In this document: positions 17,719 to 28,660 of the stretch, piece after piece | How positions within the stretch are numbered: the first letter of the stretch is position 1 | Layout of the letters: the number at the start of each line of letters is the position of its first letter | DNA from: an uncultured Actinomycetes bacterium | GTDB taxonomy: Bacteria; Actinomycetota; UBA4738; HRBIN12 | Assembly: GCA_963704725.1 (NCBI GenBank) | Contig: OY969934.1 | Location: 832,001-896,000, forward strand | Direction: 5' to 3' | DNA length: 64,000 bases | Translations under genes and position numbers: made by a program | The notes under the pieces: generated by a model | What the model was told of the DNA's origin: nothing | What the model saw: only the letters and a program-made list of their open reading frames with translations | Databases searched by the model: none

Positions 17719-19773
17719 ATGACGTACTTGCAGTGGAACGACGCGTTGGCTCGCCACTTCTTCCACCCTGAGCAGGCGGGGCAGCAAGTGTGGCTGTATG
17801 TCACGGATACTCTTGTTGGCGAGTTGGGTTCCCAGGCCGGCGATGGTGATGTCTCTGGTTTCGTTGCAGCCGTACGCGAGGGTCCTCCATGGTGTGCTGC
17901 CTCGCATCTGTGCAGGCGTGCATTAGAGGCATGGGATGGCTGGCGTGATCGAGGAATCGAGTACCCGCCGTATGTCGGGTACCTGAGCCTGTTCGTGCTT
18001 GCGGCTGGCCTTGAAGGGGACTTCGCAAGACATGCCTACTACCCGCGCCTCCGCGCCCTGCTGCGAGAGGGCGGGGAAGGAGCGCTTCCTTCCTTCTCGC
18101 GGATGCTTGAACTGTGGGACGACTTGGAGCGCTGGTCGGTTCATGATCGCGACGGCAAGCTTGGGCTGTTCGAAGCTCGGATTGTCGGCGGCCACATACA
18201 CGTAGGCCTCCCAATCGCGCAGACCATCCTCTCTGAAGACGAACGCCGAGCTCTCCCGCGGATGTTCGCGGTCGCGGGCCTGGATCCAACATCGCCCCCT
18301 CCAGATGACGAGCTGGCGCGGATGCTGAGAGCTCAGGGCGGAACGGTCCTTCGTCCCCGAACCCGCAAACTCGTCCGCACGAGGCGAGACGCCGAGAGCT
18401 TCGCCGTGCTGGTGGACACGGTGGCGGAGGAGCTCGCTGAGTGGGACGGAACCTACGAGGATGATGATCTTGCGGATGCAGGCACCCCGGTCCGTGGCCG
18501 CAGCTACGGCAGCATTCGCCTCTGTGTTGAGGTCGACAGGACAGCTGAGCGGGTGTCCTCGTCACTTCGCTGCCGCCTCAGGCGGGAGTTCCCAGCCGGG
18601 ACCCTTCATCTGAACGGCCAGGGTCTGCCGCTGCTGGCCTGTTCGGAGAGCGGGCTTCCCGGATGGTCGTCACCCCTGGTGAACGCGGCAACGCAGGAGT
18701 TCTTTGATGCGTCTGCAGTGGATTGGGTCAATGGAGTCTGGCTCGCGGAAGAACGACTCGGGTGGCGCTTTGCACTCCCAGCGCGTCAGGTCCGAGTCCT
18801 TGTGGCGGGGCGCGGAGAGGGGTTGCCTGGCCTTGTCGAGGTGCGGCAGGTCCCCCGTGGGCAACCCGTCTACTTCCTATACCGCCGCGAGGACTGGGAA
18901 GCACTCGCAGGCTGGGCAGAGGCGGAGTGCACCAGGTTCGAGCAGCTACCCGTTCGGGATGGGATCCCTCCAGGATGGCGGCTTGCAGCATGCCTTGAAG
19001 TCAGGGGCGATCGTCAGGTGCGTTCGGCCTTCCCCGAGTTGGCTCTCTCAGAGCGGGCGCGACTGGCCCTCGTAGGAGGTGTTAGGAGCGGTCCGGGACT
19101 GAGCTTCTTCCCGTTCGCTCCGCCCAGCCTCTTGCTTGAGGGAGGCGATGGCCGGGAGTCGGTGCTCTGCAACGGGCAGACGCTGGCCGCAGGTGACGTC
19201 GCCCGGTCGTTTGAGATCCCTTATGGACTGCCGGTGGAGACCAGAATCACGCTTGAAGTGAAGCGCGGAGGAGAGCCGCTCAAGAGCCGGTCCATCTACC
19301 TGAGGGGCCAGTCTGAATGGCGCCTCACGACACCCCAGCAAGTGGTCGACCGGCTCGGTCATCCAGCAGAAGACCCCAAGACCGGAGTGGCCGGAGCGCT
19401 GCCGATCGGTCTCCCCTCGACGGAAGGGTTCAGCCCTTCGCTGATGTTGACCCCTGGCGTGAAGCCGGGTGCGGCCAGGGTGTTGTTCATCGGCCGCGTT
19501 CCAGGGGAGATCTACTCATGGCCGAGCGAGTCCGGCCCGCCCGGGTGGTCGCCAGTCTGGGCAGTGCCGATGGGCCGGCGCGGCCAAGCCGTCTACTGCG
19601 GAACAAGCGTGGAGACGGACATTCCGGCCCCGGACGAACGCAAGGGCGATTGCGACCGCGTGAAGTTCTGGAGGCTCGTGATGTGGCATCGGCGGAAACG
19701 GATCAGAGAGCCCGAAGAGCCCGAGCTCGCGGTTCTCTGGCGCTCGTATGTCGAGGCCGCTCGCCATGTATGA
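17719..19773 (+). CDS. Large hypothetical protein, first gene of Druantia-like operon
   Basis: 684-aa intact ORF overlapping the next gene. Role inferred from its position upstream of a DUF1998-type helicase. Confidence 0.7.
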   Translation: MTYLQWNDALARHFFHPEQAGQQVWLYVTDTLVGELGSQAGDGDVSGFVAAVREGPPWCAASHLCRRALEAWDGWRDRGIEYPPYVGYLSLFVLAAGLEGDFARHAYYPRLRALLREGGEGALPSFSRMLELWDDLERWSVHDRDGKLGLFEARIVGGHIHVGLPIAQTILSEDERRALPRMFAVAGLDPTSPPPDDELARMLRAQGGTVLRPRTRKLVRTRRDAESFAVLVDTVAEELAEWDGTYEDDDLADAGTPVRGRSYGSIRLCVEVDRTAERVSSSLRCRLRREFPAGTLHLNGQGLPLLACSESGLPGWSSPLVNAATQEFFDASAVDWVNGVWLAEERLGWRFALPARQVRVLVAGRGEGLPGLVEVRQVPRGQPVYFLYRREDWEALAGWAEAECTRFEQLPVRDGIPPGWRLAACLEVRGDRQVRSAFPELALSERARLALVGGVRSGPGLSFFPFAPPSLLLEGGDGRESVLCNGQTLAAGDVARSFEIPYGLPVETRITLEVKRGGEPLKSRSIYLRGQSEWRLTTPQQVVDRLGHPAEDPKTGVAGALPIGLPSTEGFSPSLMLTPGVKPGAARVLFIGRVPGEIYSWPSESGPPGWSPVWAVPMGRRGQAVYCGTSVETDIPAPDERKGDCDRVKFWRLVMWHRRKRIREPEEPELAVLWRSYVEAARHV

Positions 19774-20767
19774 GTTCGGCGATGCTCTCTTGTTCACTCT
19801 GTCGGCTTGGCGGCACTGCACTTGGCGGCAATTCCGGCGCGCCTTTGACGATCTTCACGCTCGGTTCCTTGCGACCGGAGGTGCGGTCGCCACAGACGAT
19901 GACGCCTATGTTCGATCGAATACCGCTCGCCTGTTGGACTCTCTCGGACATTGCGACTCCCTCTTCGATCCTGGCGGAGGCGGGAGCGTGCTCGTGGCGC
20001 CCAGCGTGCTCGCACGGCTACCCGTGGCGGGGCTGCCTCGCGCAGTCCTCTGCGGCTCACGATCGCCTGAGACCCTTGAAGCGTTCCAGCGTGCCAAGGA
20101 GCGCGCTGGCGGCTCGGTGCAGGTGCGTGATGGATCGCAGGGATCGCTGAACGCCTTCGCACCGACTCGGATCGAGGTTCAAGCGGTGTCTGATGCGGCA
20201 ATGGGCAAGCTCTCGGCTGATGTGGGCGTGATCTACGTCTCAGAGCCCCCCGCGTGGTCTCTTGCGCAGTTCAGCGGATCGCTGGAGAGCTTCCTTGGAT
20301 TGCTGAGATGGCGGACCCGTCCAGATCTGACCTGGGCACGCGCTGACTTCGATCCTGCTGGGCTGCGGTTCGCCGGCGAACGAGACTCCGAGGCGCTCAT
20401 CCTCAGCCGCTACCAGGATCCTGTCAGCGGCCGCTGGAGCTTCTGGTTGCGGCGAGGGGACGAGTGCGCAGAAATCGACGACCCGTCCTGGGGTCGCTAC
20501 GCGGTCTTGGCTGAGCACCGGCGCAGGGTGCTTCAGTTTGACGCAGCAACGGGAGAGCTCGCCGTCCCGGCGAGCTCTCCTCTTCCGCGGCTGATCGCCA
20601 GAGCCGCCACCCTCGCCTCTGGATATGCTCCGAGAACGGTTGTTAGCGTGGATGGCGAGTCGGGGCTGCGACGCAGACTCCTCGTGTACGGGAGGGTGCC
20701 AGTCGACGTTTGGGAAAGGCTCGCGATGAGGGTGGGGCAACTCTCAGTTGGAGGCGGGGATCGATGA
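19766..20767 (+). CDS. Hypothetical protein, second gene of Druantia-like operon
   Basis: 333 aa from MYEFGDALL. Overlaps the upstream stop, and its own stop overlaps the helicase ATG. Confidence 0.7.
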   Translation: MYEFGDALLFTLSAWRHCTWRQFRRAFDDLHARFLATGGAVATDDDAYVRSNTARLLDSLGHCDSLFDPGGGGSVLVAPSVLARLPVAGLPRAVLCGSRSPETLEAFQRAKERAGGSVQVRDGSQGSLNAFAPTRIEVQAVSDAAMGKLSADVGVIYVSEPPAWSLAQFSGSLESFLGLLRWRTRPDLTWARADFDPAGLRFAGERDSEALILSRYQDPVSGRWSFWLRRGDECAEIDDPSWGRYAVLAEHRRRVLQFDAATGELAVPASSPLPRLIARAATLASGYAPRTVVSVDGESGLRRRLLVYGRVPVDVWERLAMRVGQLSVGGGDR

Positions 20768-23700
20768 CGGAATCCATGAGCGATCCCTCGGGTGCCTTCG
20801 CGAAGGTACGCGAGAGCCTGATTCTGTACATCAAGACCGCCTTCGGAACCCAGTTCCCCAGTTTCGAGCAGGAACGGGAGGACCTGCTGAGGCGGTCCGC
20901 CGTCCTCTGCCAGGAGCCGTGGATCGAACCGCTGCCCCGATACCAGGGCTCAGGGAAACGGATCGCCGACCTGACCACGGCAGACGTGCCCGGGCTCGCA
21001 GGAGAGGCGGTCGAGGACTTCAAGACCATGTCCGCATGCGGGCTCGTCGGTTCGTACGAGCTTCGACGCCATCAGCTCGAGATGCTTGGCCGGGCCCTCT
21101 CAAGCGAGCACTGCGTTGTCACCGCGGGTACCGGGTCCGGCAAGACGGAGGCGTTCCTGCTGCCGCTGTTCGCGTATCTAGCGGACGAGTCACGAAGCTG
21201 GGCACAACCGGGCGCTACCTCTGCCCACCACGGCGACTGGTGGGCGAACGGGGATTGGCGGGAGCAGTGCCTGCGGCGGACCGCCAAGCAGACAAGGATG
21301 ATCCGGTCCCTGCGCGTGCCTCAGCGGCAGCATGAGAGTCGCCCGGCGGCGGTCCGCGCGCTCATCGTCTACCCGATGAATGCCCTTGTAGAGGACCAGC
21401 TAAGCCGGCTGAGGAAGGCACTTGACTCCCCGGAAGCACACGACTGGTTTGCCGAGCATCGAAGCGGAAACCGCGTGTACTTCGGACGGTACAACGGGGC
21501 ATCTCCAGTGCCTGGGCATGAGTACAACCCGTTGAACAAGCAGGGGAAGCAGAGCCCGAACCGAAAGAAGGTCGAAGAACTCGCGACCGCGTTGGAGCAG
21601 GCGGATAGGGCCGCCGCCGCGGCAGCAAATCATGCGCAGCAAAGCGGGGATCCGGATGTTCGGTACTTCTTCCCGCGGCTAGATGGCGCTGAGATGCGAT
21701 CGAGATGGGACATGCAGGATGCTCCACCGGACATCCTCATAACGAACTTCAGCATGCTCGGCATCATGCTCATGCGCGATGCCGACAGGCGCATCTTCGA
21801 CGCGACTCGTGACTGGCTGCTCGAGGATGGGAGCATCTTCCATCTCATCGTCGACGAGCTCCACCTCTATCGGGGAACTGCAGGCACTGAGGTTGCCTAC
21901 CTCATGCGGCTACTCCTCGAGCGACTTGGGCTGGAACCAGGACACCCGAAACTGAGGGTTCTCGCCTCAAGCGCTTCGCTGGAACCTGATGATCCGGACA
22001 GCGCGAAGTACCTATCTGACTTCTTTGGGACAGAGTGGGCGAGCGAGCAGATTATTCCAGGCTACCCAGCACCCGCCCCGGCACTGGCGGCATCCTCCGC
22101 CCTGCCTGCAGACGCCTTGGCGAATATGGGGCATGCGCTTGAGGTCGACAGTGATGAGCTCGCTGCTGTGGGCGCCGACGTTGCTGCCGAGCTTGATGGT
22201 GGCGCTGGGGCAAGTTGGGAAGATGCTCTCGCCCAAGCGCTGGAGGGTGAGGAGCTCCAACTCGGCTCACGGATGCTGCAGGCGTGCGAGGTGGACGGTG
22301 TGACTCGGGCCGTACCCCTGACCACATTCGGGCGACGGCTCTTCGGAAGTGGGGTCAGCGATGAGCGGAGCGCCGACGCGGTGCGGGGGCTCCTATTCGC
22401 CCGCACCCTCTGCGATCCGGTCAAAAGCAACCTGCCGACGTTCAGGCTGCACTGGTTCTTCCGCAACTTCGAAGGGTTATGGGGATGCACAGCACCCAGG
22501 TGCCCGGCCGCCTCCGCAGCTGCGGATGATGGGCGCACGTCGGGGCAGCTGTATTCGGATTCGAGGATCCTGTGCCAGAACCCGACCGAGCGCCACCGCG
22601 TCCTTGAGCTTCTCTACTGCGAGCAGTGTGGCACCACCTTCTTCGGTGGCAGCCGAATGGAAATCTCTGACAACGGCGGATGGGAACTGCTGACGGCGGA
22701 CCCAGACATCGAGGGGATTCCCGATCGCCAGGCTGCGCGGTTCGTGGAGCGACGCACGTACGGCGATTTCGCACTGTTCTGGCCCCAGGGGGATGCTGAC
22801 CTGAGCCAGAACGCGATGGCTTGGCACCAGCCGACACTCGACGGCACTCCTTCCTCCAGCGCTCGGTGGGTTCCGTCGGCGCTGGATACTCGGAGCGGGC
22901 GGCTCGTGCTCGGCAAGGGAGGTCAGCCGTATCCGCAGGGCCCGTGGGTCTCTGGTTACAAGTATCTCCTCGACCAGGCGACTGACCCCCAGAGTGTGAG
23001 TGCGCTGCCCGCCGTCTGTCCGAGATGTGCGGGGGACTACACGCGGCGAAAGTTCCGGCGGTCCCCAGTGCGGGGTTTCAGGACTGGTTTCTCGAAGGTC
23101 ACCCAACTCCTCTCGAAGGAGCTGTTCCACTTCCTCCCAGAGGAGTCTCGGAAGGTCGTTGTGTTCTCCGACAGCCGTGAGGAAGCGGCCGGTCTGTCAA
23201 ACGGAATCGAGCGATCGCACTATCTCGATTTGGTTCGAGAGGCAATGTACGACGAGCTCCACCAGCTAGCGGTCGATGAACCACGATTGCTGAAGGAGCT
23301 TCAGCATGGTTCATCAGGGCTATCTAAGACAGCTGTGCAGTTCGCGGCCCTAAACCCAGGCATCAGGGAACATTTCGAGCGCCAGATCCTCGCCGCTTCT
23401 GCGCCCATACCCGACGTGAACGATCCGGGCCAGCGAGCTGTGTTGGAAGCCTATAGATCGGGCGCCCAAGCAGAACTGGATGCGGTGGTGGATCGGGGTG
23501 CCACGCGCACGGTGGCGCTCCGCCTACTCTTCGAGGCCAAGGACAGTTCTGACGCGTGGACCGGGCCGGGGGCACTCATACAACGGCTTAAGACACTGGG
23601 TGTGAACCCGGGAGGGAACGACGTCCTGTACCAGGACTACAGTTACGAAGGCCACTACAACCGATGGACCAAGCTCTTCGACTTCTCCAATCCGATGGGT

Positions 23701-26596
23701 GGGTGGCTGCCCGGGCTGACCGGCGAGGCTGTGGATGCCCGCGAGAAGTTACGGGACAAGGTCGCTTCGGAAGTCTGCAGCGTGTTGTTCAGCCGCCTGT
23801 ACTTTGGTTTCGAGTCGGCGGGTCTGGGGTTCGCCCGTCTTGATCTCCCGTGGGAGTCGATCGAGCAGCGCGCGGCGGAGTGCGGGAGCAGACGCGGGTC
23901 TCTTCGGCAGGATCTGCGACGCCACGGTGCGAGTAATGGGGGAGCTCTATCGGTACCACCAGGAGCCCGCGGAGTATCCGCTGGACAGCTGGCCCGACTG
24001 GAACTCGGCTCGCGCGAAGCTCCGCAATTTCGTCAAGGCCGTCGCGGCCGCGAACTCACTCAACGAAGCTGATTTGCTGCGGTCGGTCCGCGAGGCGATA
24101 TGCGCAGACGGCGGGCACCATGATTTCATCCTCGACCCGCGTCACCTGCTCGTCAGGATCGCCCTTCCGGAGAATCCCGCATGGGTTTGCGGCGAGTGCC
24201 GTCGGGCGCACCTGCATACTGCAGGCGTCTGTACCAACTGCCTGGAGCGGCTGGATGATGCGCCGTCAACAGCGTGCTCGGAGCTACATGGCCACAATTA
24301 CTACGCGAAGGAGGCAGTTGAAGGGCGGCAGCCTTTGAGGCTGCACTGCGAGGAACTGACGGCACAGACGGACGATCAGCCTGAGCGGCAGCGCCTCTTC
24401 CGGGACATCACGGTTGACCTCCGTGAGGATCCGAGGCATCCAGTCGTTGACGGAGTTGATGAGATCGACGTACTAAGCGTCACCACCACGATGGAGGTGG
24501 GCGTCGACATCGGAAGCCTGCAAGCAGTGGTCCTCGGCAACATGCCGCCTATGCGCTTCAACTATCAGCAAAGGTCCGGCCGGGCAGGCCGTAGAGGTCA
24601 GCCGTTCGCGATTGTGCAGACCCTCTGCCGTGGGCGCAGCCACGACGACTTCTACTTCAGGAATCCTGAGCGAATCACGGGCGACCGACCACCCGTGCCC
24701 TTCCTCTCCATGGCGCGCCCAGAGATCGTACAGCGCCTTGCGTCCAAGGAGGCGCTGCGGCGGGCGTTCCTCGCAGCAGGAGTTGGGTGGGACGAGAGCC
24801 CTGTACCTCCTGACAGCCACGGAGAGTTTGGCCTCGCTGCTACGTGGAACAGCGATGAGGGTCGGCGCGCTGCGGTCAATGGGTGGCTTGCTTCTTCGCC
24901 CGATGTGAACGGCGTCATTGGAGCGCTCACTTCTGGAATCAAGGAAGGGGTGGACCTGGCCAGGCTCGAAGCCTTCATTCGGAACGAACTGTTCCAGCGA
25001 GTGTGCGATGCGGCGGTGAACCCTGAGCTCACCGGTGATGGGTTGGCGGAGCGCCTGGCGGAGGCTGCCATCCTCCCCATGTATGGCATGCCATCTCGCA
25101 GCAGGCTCCTCTACCACCAGCTTCGCGGCGCGAAGCCGAGCACCATTGATCGGGATCTCGACTTAGCCGTGACGGAGTTCGCTCCTGGGTCGCAGCGCAC
25201 AAAGGACAAACGCATCCATCAGGCGATCGGCTTCACGGCGCCGCTCATGTACAGGAGCGGAAGATGGGAGCCCCGACTGAGCCTGACCCGCTTCCGGGAC
25301 GGCGATGGATGCTCCGCTGCGAGCGGTGTCACTACACGGGGACTGCGGACCACGAGCCGGCCGATGTCTTCTGCCCGGAGTGCGGATGTGCCAAGGACGA
25401 ACCGGTACCGTTTCGCGTCTACGAGTTCGCGGTTCCCCTTGCGTTCCGGACAAGTCTCGGCCCGGGAGGCGATGCAAAGGATGTGGATGAGTTTCTGGCT
25501 GTTGGTGCGGCCGCTGTGGCGGAGTCTGACCAAGAGCCCTGCAAGCAGGTTCCGGGCACTAACAGCGCTCTCGCGTTCTCCGCAGCCGGCCGCGTGTACC
25601 GAGTGAATGATCGGCGAGGCCTGCTCTTCAATGGGAAGCTTGGCGAAACGCTACGCCGCAACCAGCGCCTCAAGACTCAGTGGATCGATGAACGTTTCAG
25701 TGATGCGGATGGAATCACGTTTACGACGACCACCTCGGCCCAGTCCGTAGCTATCGCGGCTCCAAAGACGACGGACGTGCTCCGCATCCGTCCAGACGCT
25801 AACCCTCCGGGTCTATCGCTTGACCCCCTCGCGATCGATCCCGTTATCTCCCGCGGTGGGGTGATGGCCCGAGTCAGGGCGGGGGTGAAGGCTGCCTACT
25901 ACTCGGCTGCGTTCATTCTGCGGTCGGTCGCTGCTGAGGCTCTTGATACGGATCCCGAGGAGTTCGATGTCAGCAACGTCAGGCAGGTGGAGCTCGATGG
26001 GAGATGTGCGAGCTGGGGAGATCGTGCTGAGCGACCACCTCGCCAATGGCGCTGGGTTTGTCAGATGGGTCAGCGATCACTGGGGCGAGATTCTCTCAAG
26101 CATCGTGCGGCTGGACGCCCCCGCGAAGACTTTCATCGGCGACATGACGTCCGAGAAGCACCGAGTTGAGTGCGACTCGGCCGGCTACGACTGCCTCCGC
26201 CAGTATCGCAACATGAGCTACCACGGGCTGCTGGACTGGCGGCTCGGACTCTCCCTCCTCCGTTGCCTGCACTCCGTCGAGTTCGCGGCTGGGGCCGATG
26301 GGCAGTTTGCGACTCCCGACCTCGACGGGTGGCTGGACCTGGCCAGACAGCGACGAGACTCCTTTTGTTCGACGTTCGACTGCTTGCCAGCGGACTTCGG
26401 GCCCCTGCCAGGCTTTGAAGTCGGCGCCAAGCAGGTGATCGTCGTGCATCCGTTGTGGAACACGTATCAGCCTTCCGGCCTCCTGGCGGAGGCTCGGGCT
26501 CAGACTGGATCCGCAGGGGCGGATGCGATCCGTTACGTGGACACTTTCAACCTTATGCGGCGGGAAAGCTGGACCTACCAGCGTCTCGGGGAATGA
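20764..26596 (+). CDS. Very large SF2 DEAD/DEAH helicase with C-terminal DUF1998-like region (DruE-like); three apparent single-base indels near 23885, 25272 and 25998
   Basis: [61 protein letters not shown], several Cxx[11 protein letters not shown] and [23 protein letters not shown], spread across 4 consecutive frames. Confidence 0.88.
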
Positions 26597-27789
26597 CCCG
26601 CTCAATACAACCCGGGCTTCTTACGTTCCGGCCTCTGCTGGCTCCGCTTAAGAGCATCTCGCCGACGAGTTACGTGGGGCTTCGCCAATGCGCGCTGCGC
26701 GGGGTGTGGGCTTCGGCTAGAACCTCAGAGCTCCTTCCCTCCGTTCCGGCCGCTCGAGTGGGAAGTGTCATCCACCGCCTCCTTGAAGCGGCTGGAAGCG
26801 GGACCTTCCTCCGGGGGGACGCTTCGGCAGTGGACCGTTCTTGGCAGGAGCTTATTGCTGCTGTTGAGGAGCGGATGCGCTCTAGCTGGTTGGAGGAGCA
26901 TCTGGTGCCGCTCAGCCATTCGGTGCCGGACTTCGAAGTGAGGCGGATCCAGGCCCGGAGCAGAGCGCTCGATCTTGCCGACGCGGTGGCCCGCACTTCG
27001 GACCGACGGGCTACCAGCGGCGGCGGCTCGCTAGCGCTACAAGGATGTGAGGTGGCAGTCTCCACTTCGGATGGCCGCGTGCGGGGACGCATCGACGCGA
27101 TCGTCATCGATAGCGGGGGGCCCGTTGTTCGCGACTACAAGTCGGGTGTCATCTTCGACATCGGAGCCGGGAAGGGGCACGTCCTCAAGGAGGCTTACCG
27201 GATCCAGCTCCGTATGTACGCGGCTCTATACGCGGAGACCGCCGGGAGGTGGCCGGTTCGGCTTGAGGTTGTCCCGATCCGCGGAACCCCGGAGGGCGTC
27301 GCATTCGATCCCGATTCCTGTAATGCGCTTGTTGAAGCTGCAAGTGCGCTACTGGAGACCGTGAACGAAGCCATTCGCCAGGAATCCACCGCGGGACACA
27401 TTCAAGAGATGTTGGCCCGGCCGCAACCGGAGACCTGCGCGCACTGCCCGTTTCGGCCCGGATGCCGGCCATATCGAACCGCGCGAGCTGCAGGCGGCGA
27501 GGGATGGCCGCATGACGTGTGGGGACGGCTAACAAGCATCGTGACCCTTGGTCGGGGCGGGGCGATGATAGAGGTGGACTCCGGCGACGGCGTAATCCGA
27601 ATCCGGGGTCTGGGTCAGGCCGGGCGGCATCCTGCCCTGAGGATCCTGGAGCGGGGAGACGCGGTTGCCGTCTTCAACGCACGCCCCACAGGGTCGCAAG
27701 CGATGTTCGCCGAGTCCTCACATACGGTGATCTACAAGCTTGAACAGCCTTCCGCATCGACCCAGGTAGAGGGGTGGAGCGGGCCCTAG
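26593..27789 (+). CDS. PD-(D/E)XK nuclease (AddB/Cas4-like) coupled to the helicase
   Basis: ATGA overlap with helicase stop. ISPTS..C, GSVIHRLLE, GRIDAI, VRDYKSG, QLRMYA, CAHCPFRPGC. Confidence 0.88.
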   Translation: MTRSIQPGLLTFRPLLAPLKSISPTSYVGLRQCALRGVWASARTSELLPSVPAARVGSVIHRLLEAAGSGTFLRGDASAVDRSWQELIAAVEERMRSSWLEEHLVPLSHSVPDFEVRRIQARSRALDLADAVARTSDRRATSGGGSLALQGCEVAVSTSDGRVRGRIDAIVIDSGGPVVRDYKSGVIFDIGAGKGHVLKEAYRIQLRMYAALYAETAGRWPVRLEVVPIRGTPEGVAFDPDSCNALVEAASALLETVNEAIRQESTAGHIQEMLARPQPETCAHCPFRPGCRPYRTARAAGGEGWPHDVWGRLTSIVTLGRGGAMIEVDSGDGVIRIRGLGQAGRHPALRILERGDAVAVFNARPTGSQAMFAESSHTVIYKLEQPSASTQVEGWSGP

Positions 27790-28001
27790 GCCACCGAGGC
27801 TTGAGCCAGTTGGGCGGACCTCTACACTACTGTCGATGCGAACCTCAAGTGGTGGAGGCGAGATCCGGAGCACAAGGACTGCCCACTGCTTCCATCGCCG
27901 CCCCACGCAACGCAGCGACAGGTCGCCGCTTGGGAAGGGAGCAGGATCCATCGGGACGGAGCGGTAGGCAGACCTCGAGACGTCCGGGGACGCAGCAGCA
28001 C

Positions 28002-28660
28002 ATGGCCGGTGCGCTCGAAAGGATCGATGAGCTGCTTGAGGTGACTTATCGCTCAGCGGATCTGGGGAACGTTGAGACCCGCTCTCCGAAACCGTGTACA
28101 TCCTCCTCGCCAAACAGACGCGAGAGACCGTGTACCGCCCGATGTTCAAGCGCCTACACGAGCGGTTCCCCCGGTGGATTGACATCTTGGAGGCATCCCC
28201 GTCTGAGGTCGAGGACGTCCTCCGTTCGGGCGGCTTCCAAAGGCAACGCACCGCGCAACTGAGGGCGCTCCTCAAGGCCATCCTGCAAGAGAACCTAACG
28301 CGTGATACGGGACCGGCGAAGGGGGAGGATCTCACACTCGGGTACCTGCGTGAGTTAGGAGACGCCGAAGTGGAGCGGTCTCTTCTTCGGCTCCCTGGAA
28401 TAGGCCCCAAGTCAGCGCGGTGCGTGATGTCCTACGCCCTTGGCAGGCACCGGTTTGCCGTGGACACTCACGTTCACCGGATCTTCCAGCGTCTCGGGTT
28501 GCGTCCGTCCAAGGGCCGGAAGAACGATCATGATCCATTCGAGGCGATCGTCCCTGAGAAGATGCGCAAGCGTCTGCACGTGAATCTGGTCCATCACGGG
28601 CGCGCCGATCTGCCGTACAACGAAACCACGTTGCGGTGATTGTGTCCTCGTGTCGTTCTG
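28002..28660 (+). CDS. HhH-GPD (endonuclease III-like) DNA glycosylase domain with [4Fe-4S] motif; indels near 28075 and 28606; apparently fused to the downstream methyltransferase
   Basis: LLRLPGIGPKSARCV (HhH, Lys), AVDTHVHRI (catalytic Asp), HHGR. In the next frame: IC-RTTKPR-C-GD-C-VLVSF-C (C-x6-C-x2-C-x5-C). Confidence 0.85.

Noticed and set aside
20764-26596. Four separate helicase-related genes, or programmed frameshifting
   Set aside because: Motifs continue in order across frames, and the breaks look like single indels in short G/C runs without recognisable slippery heptamers.
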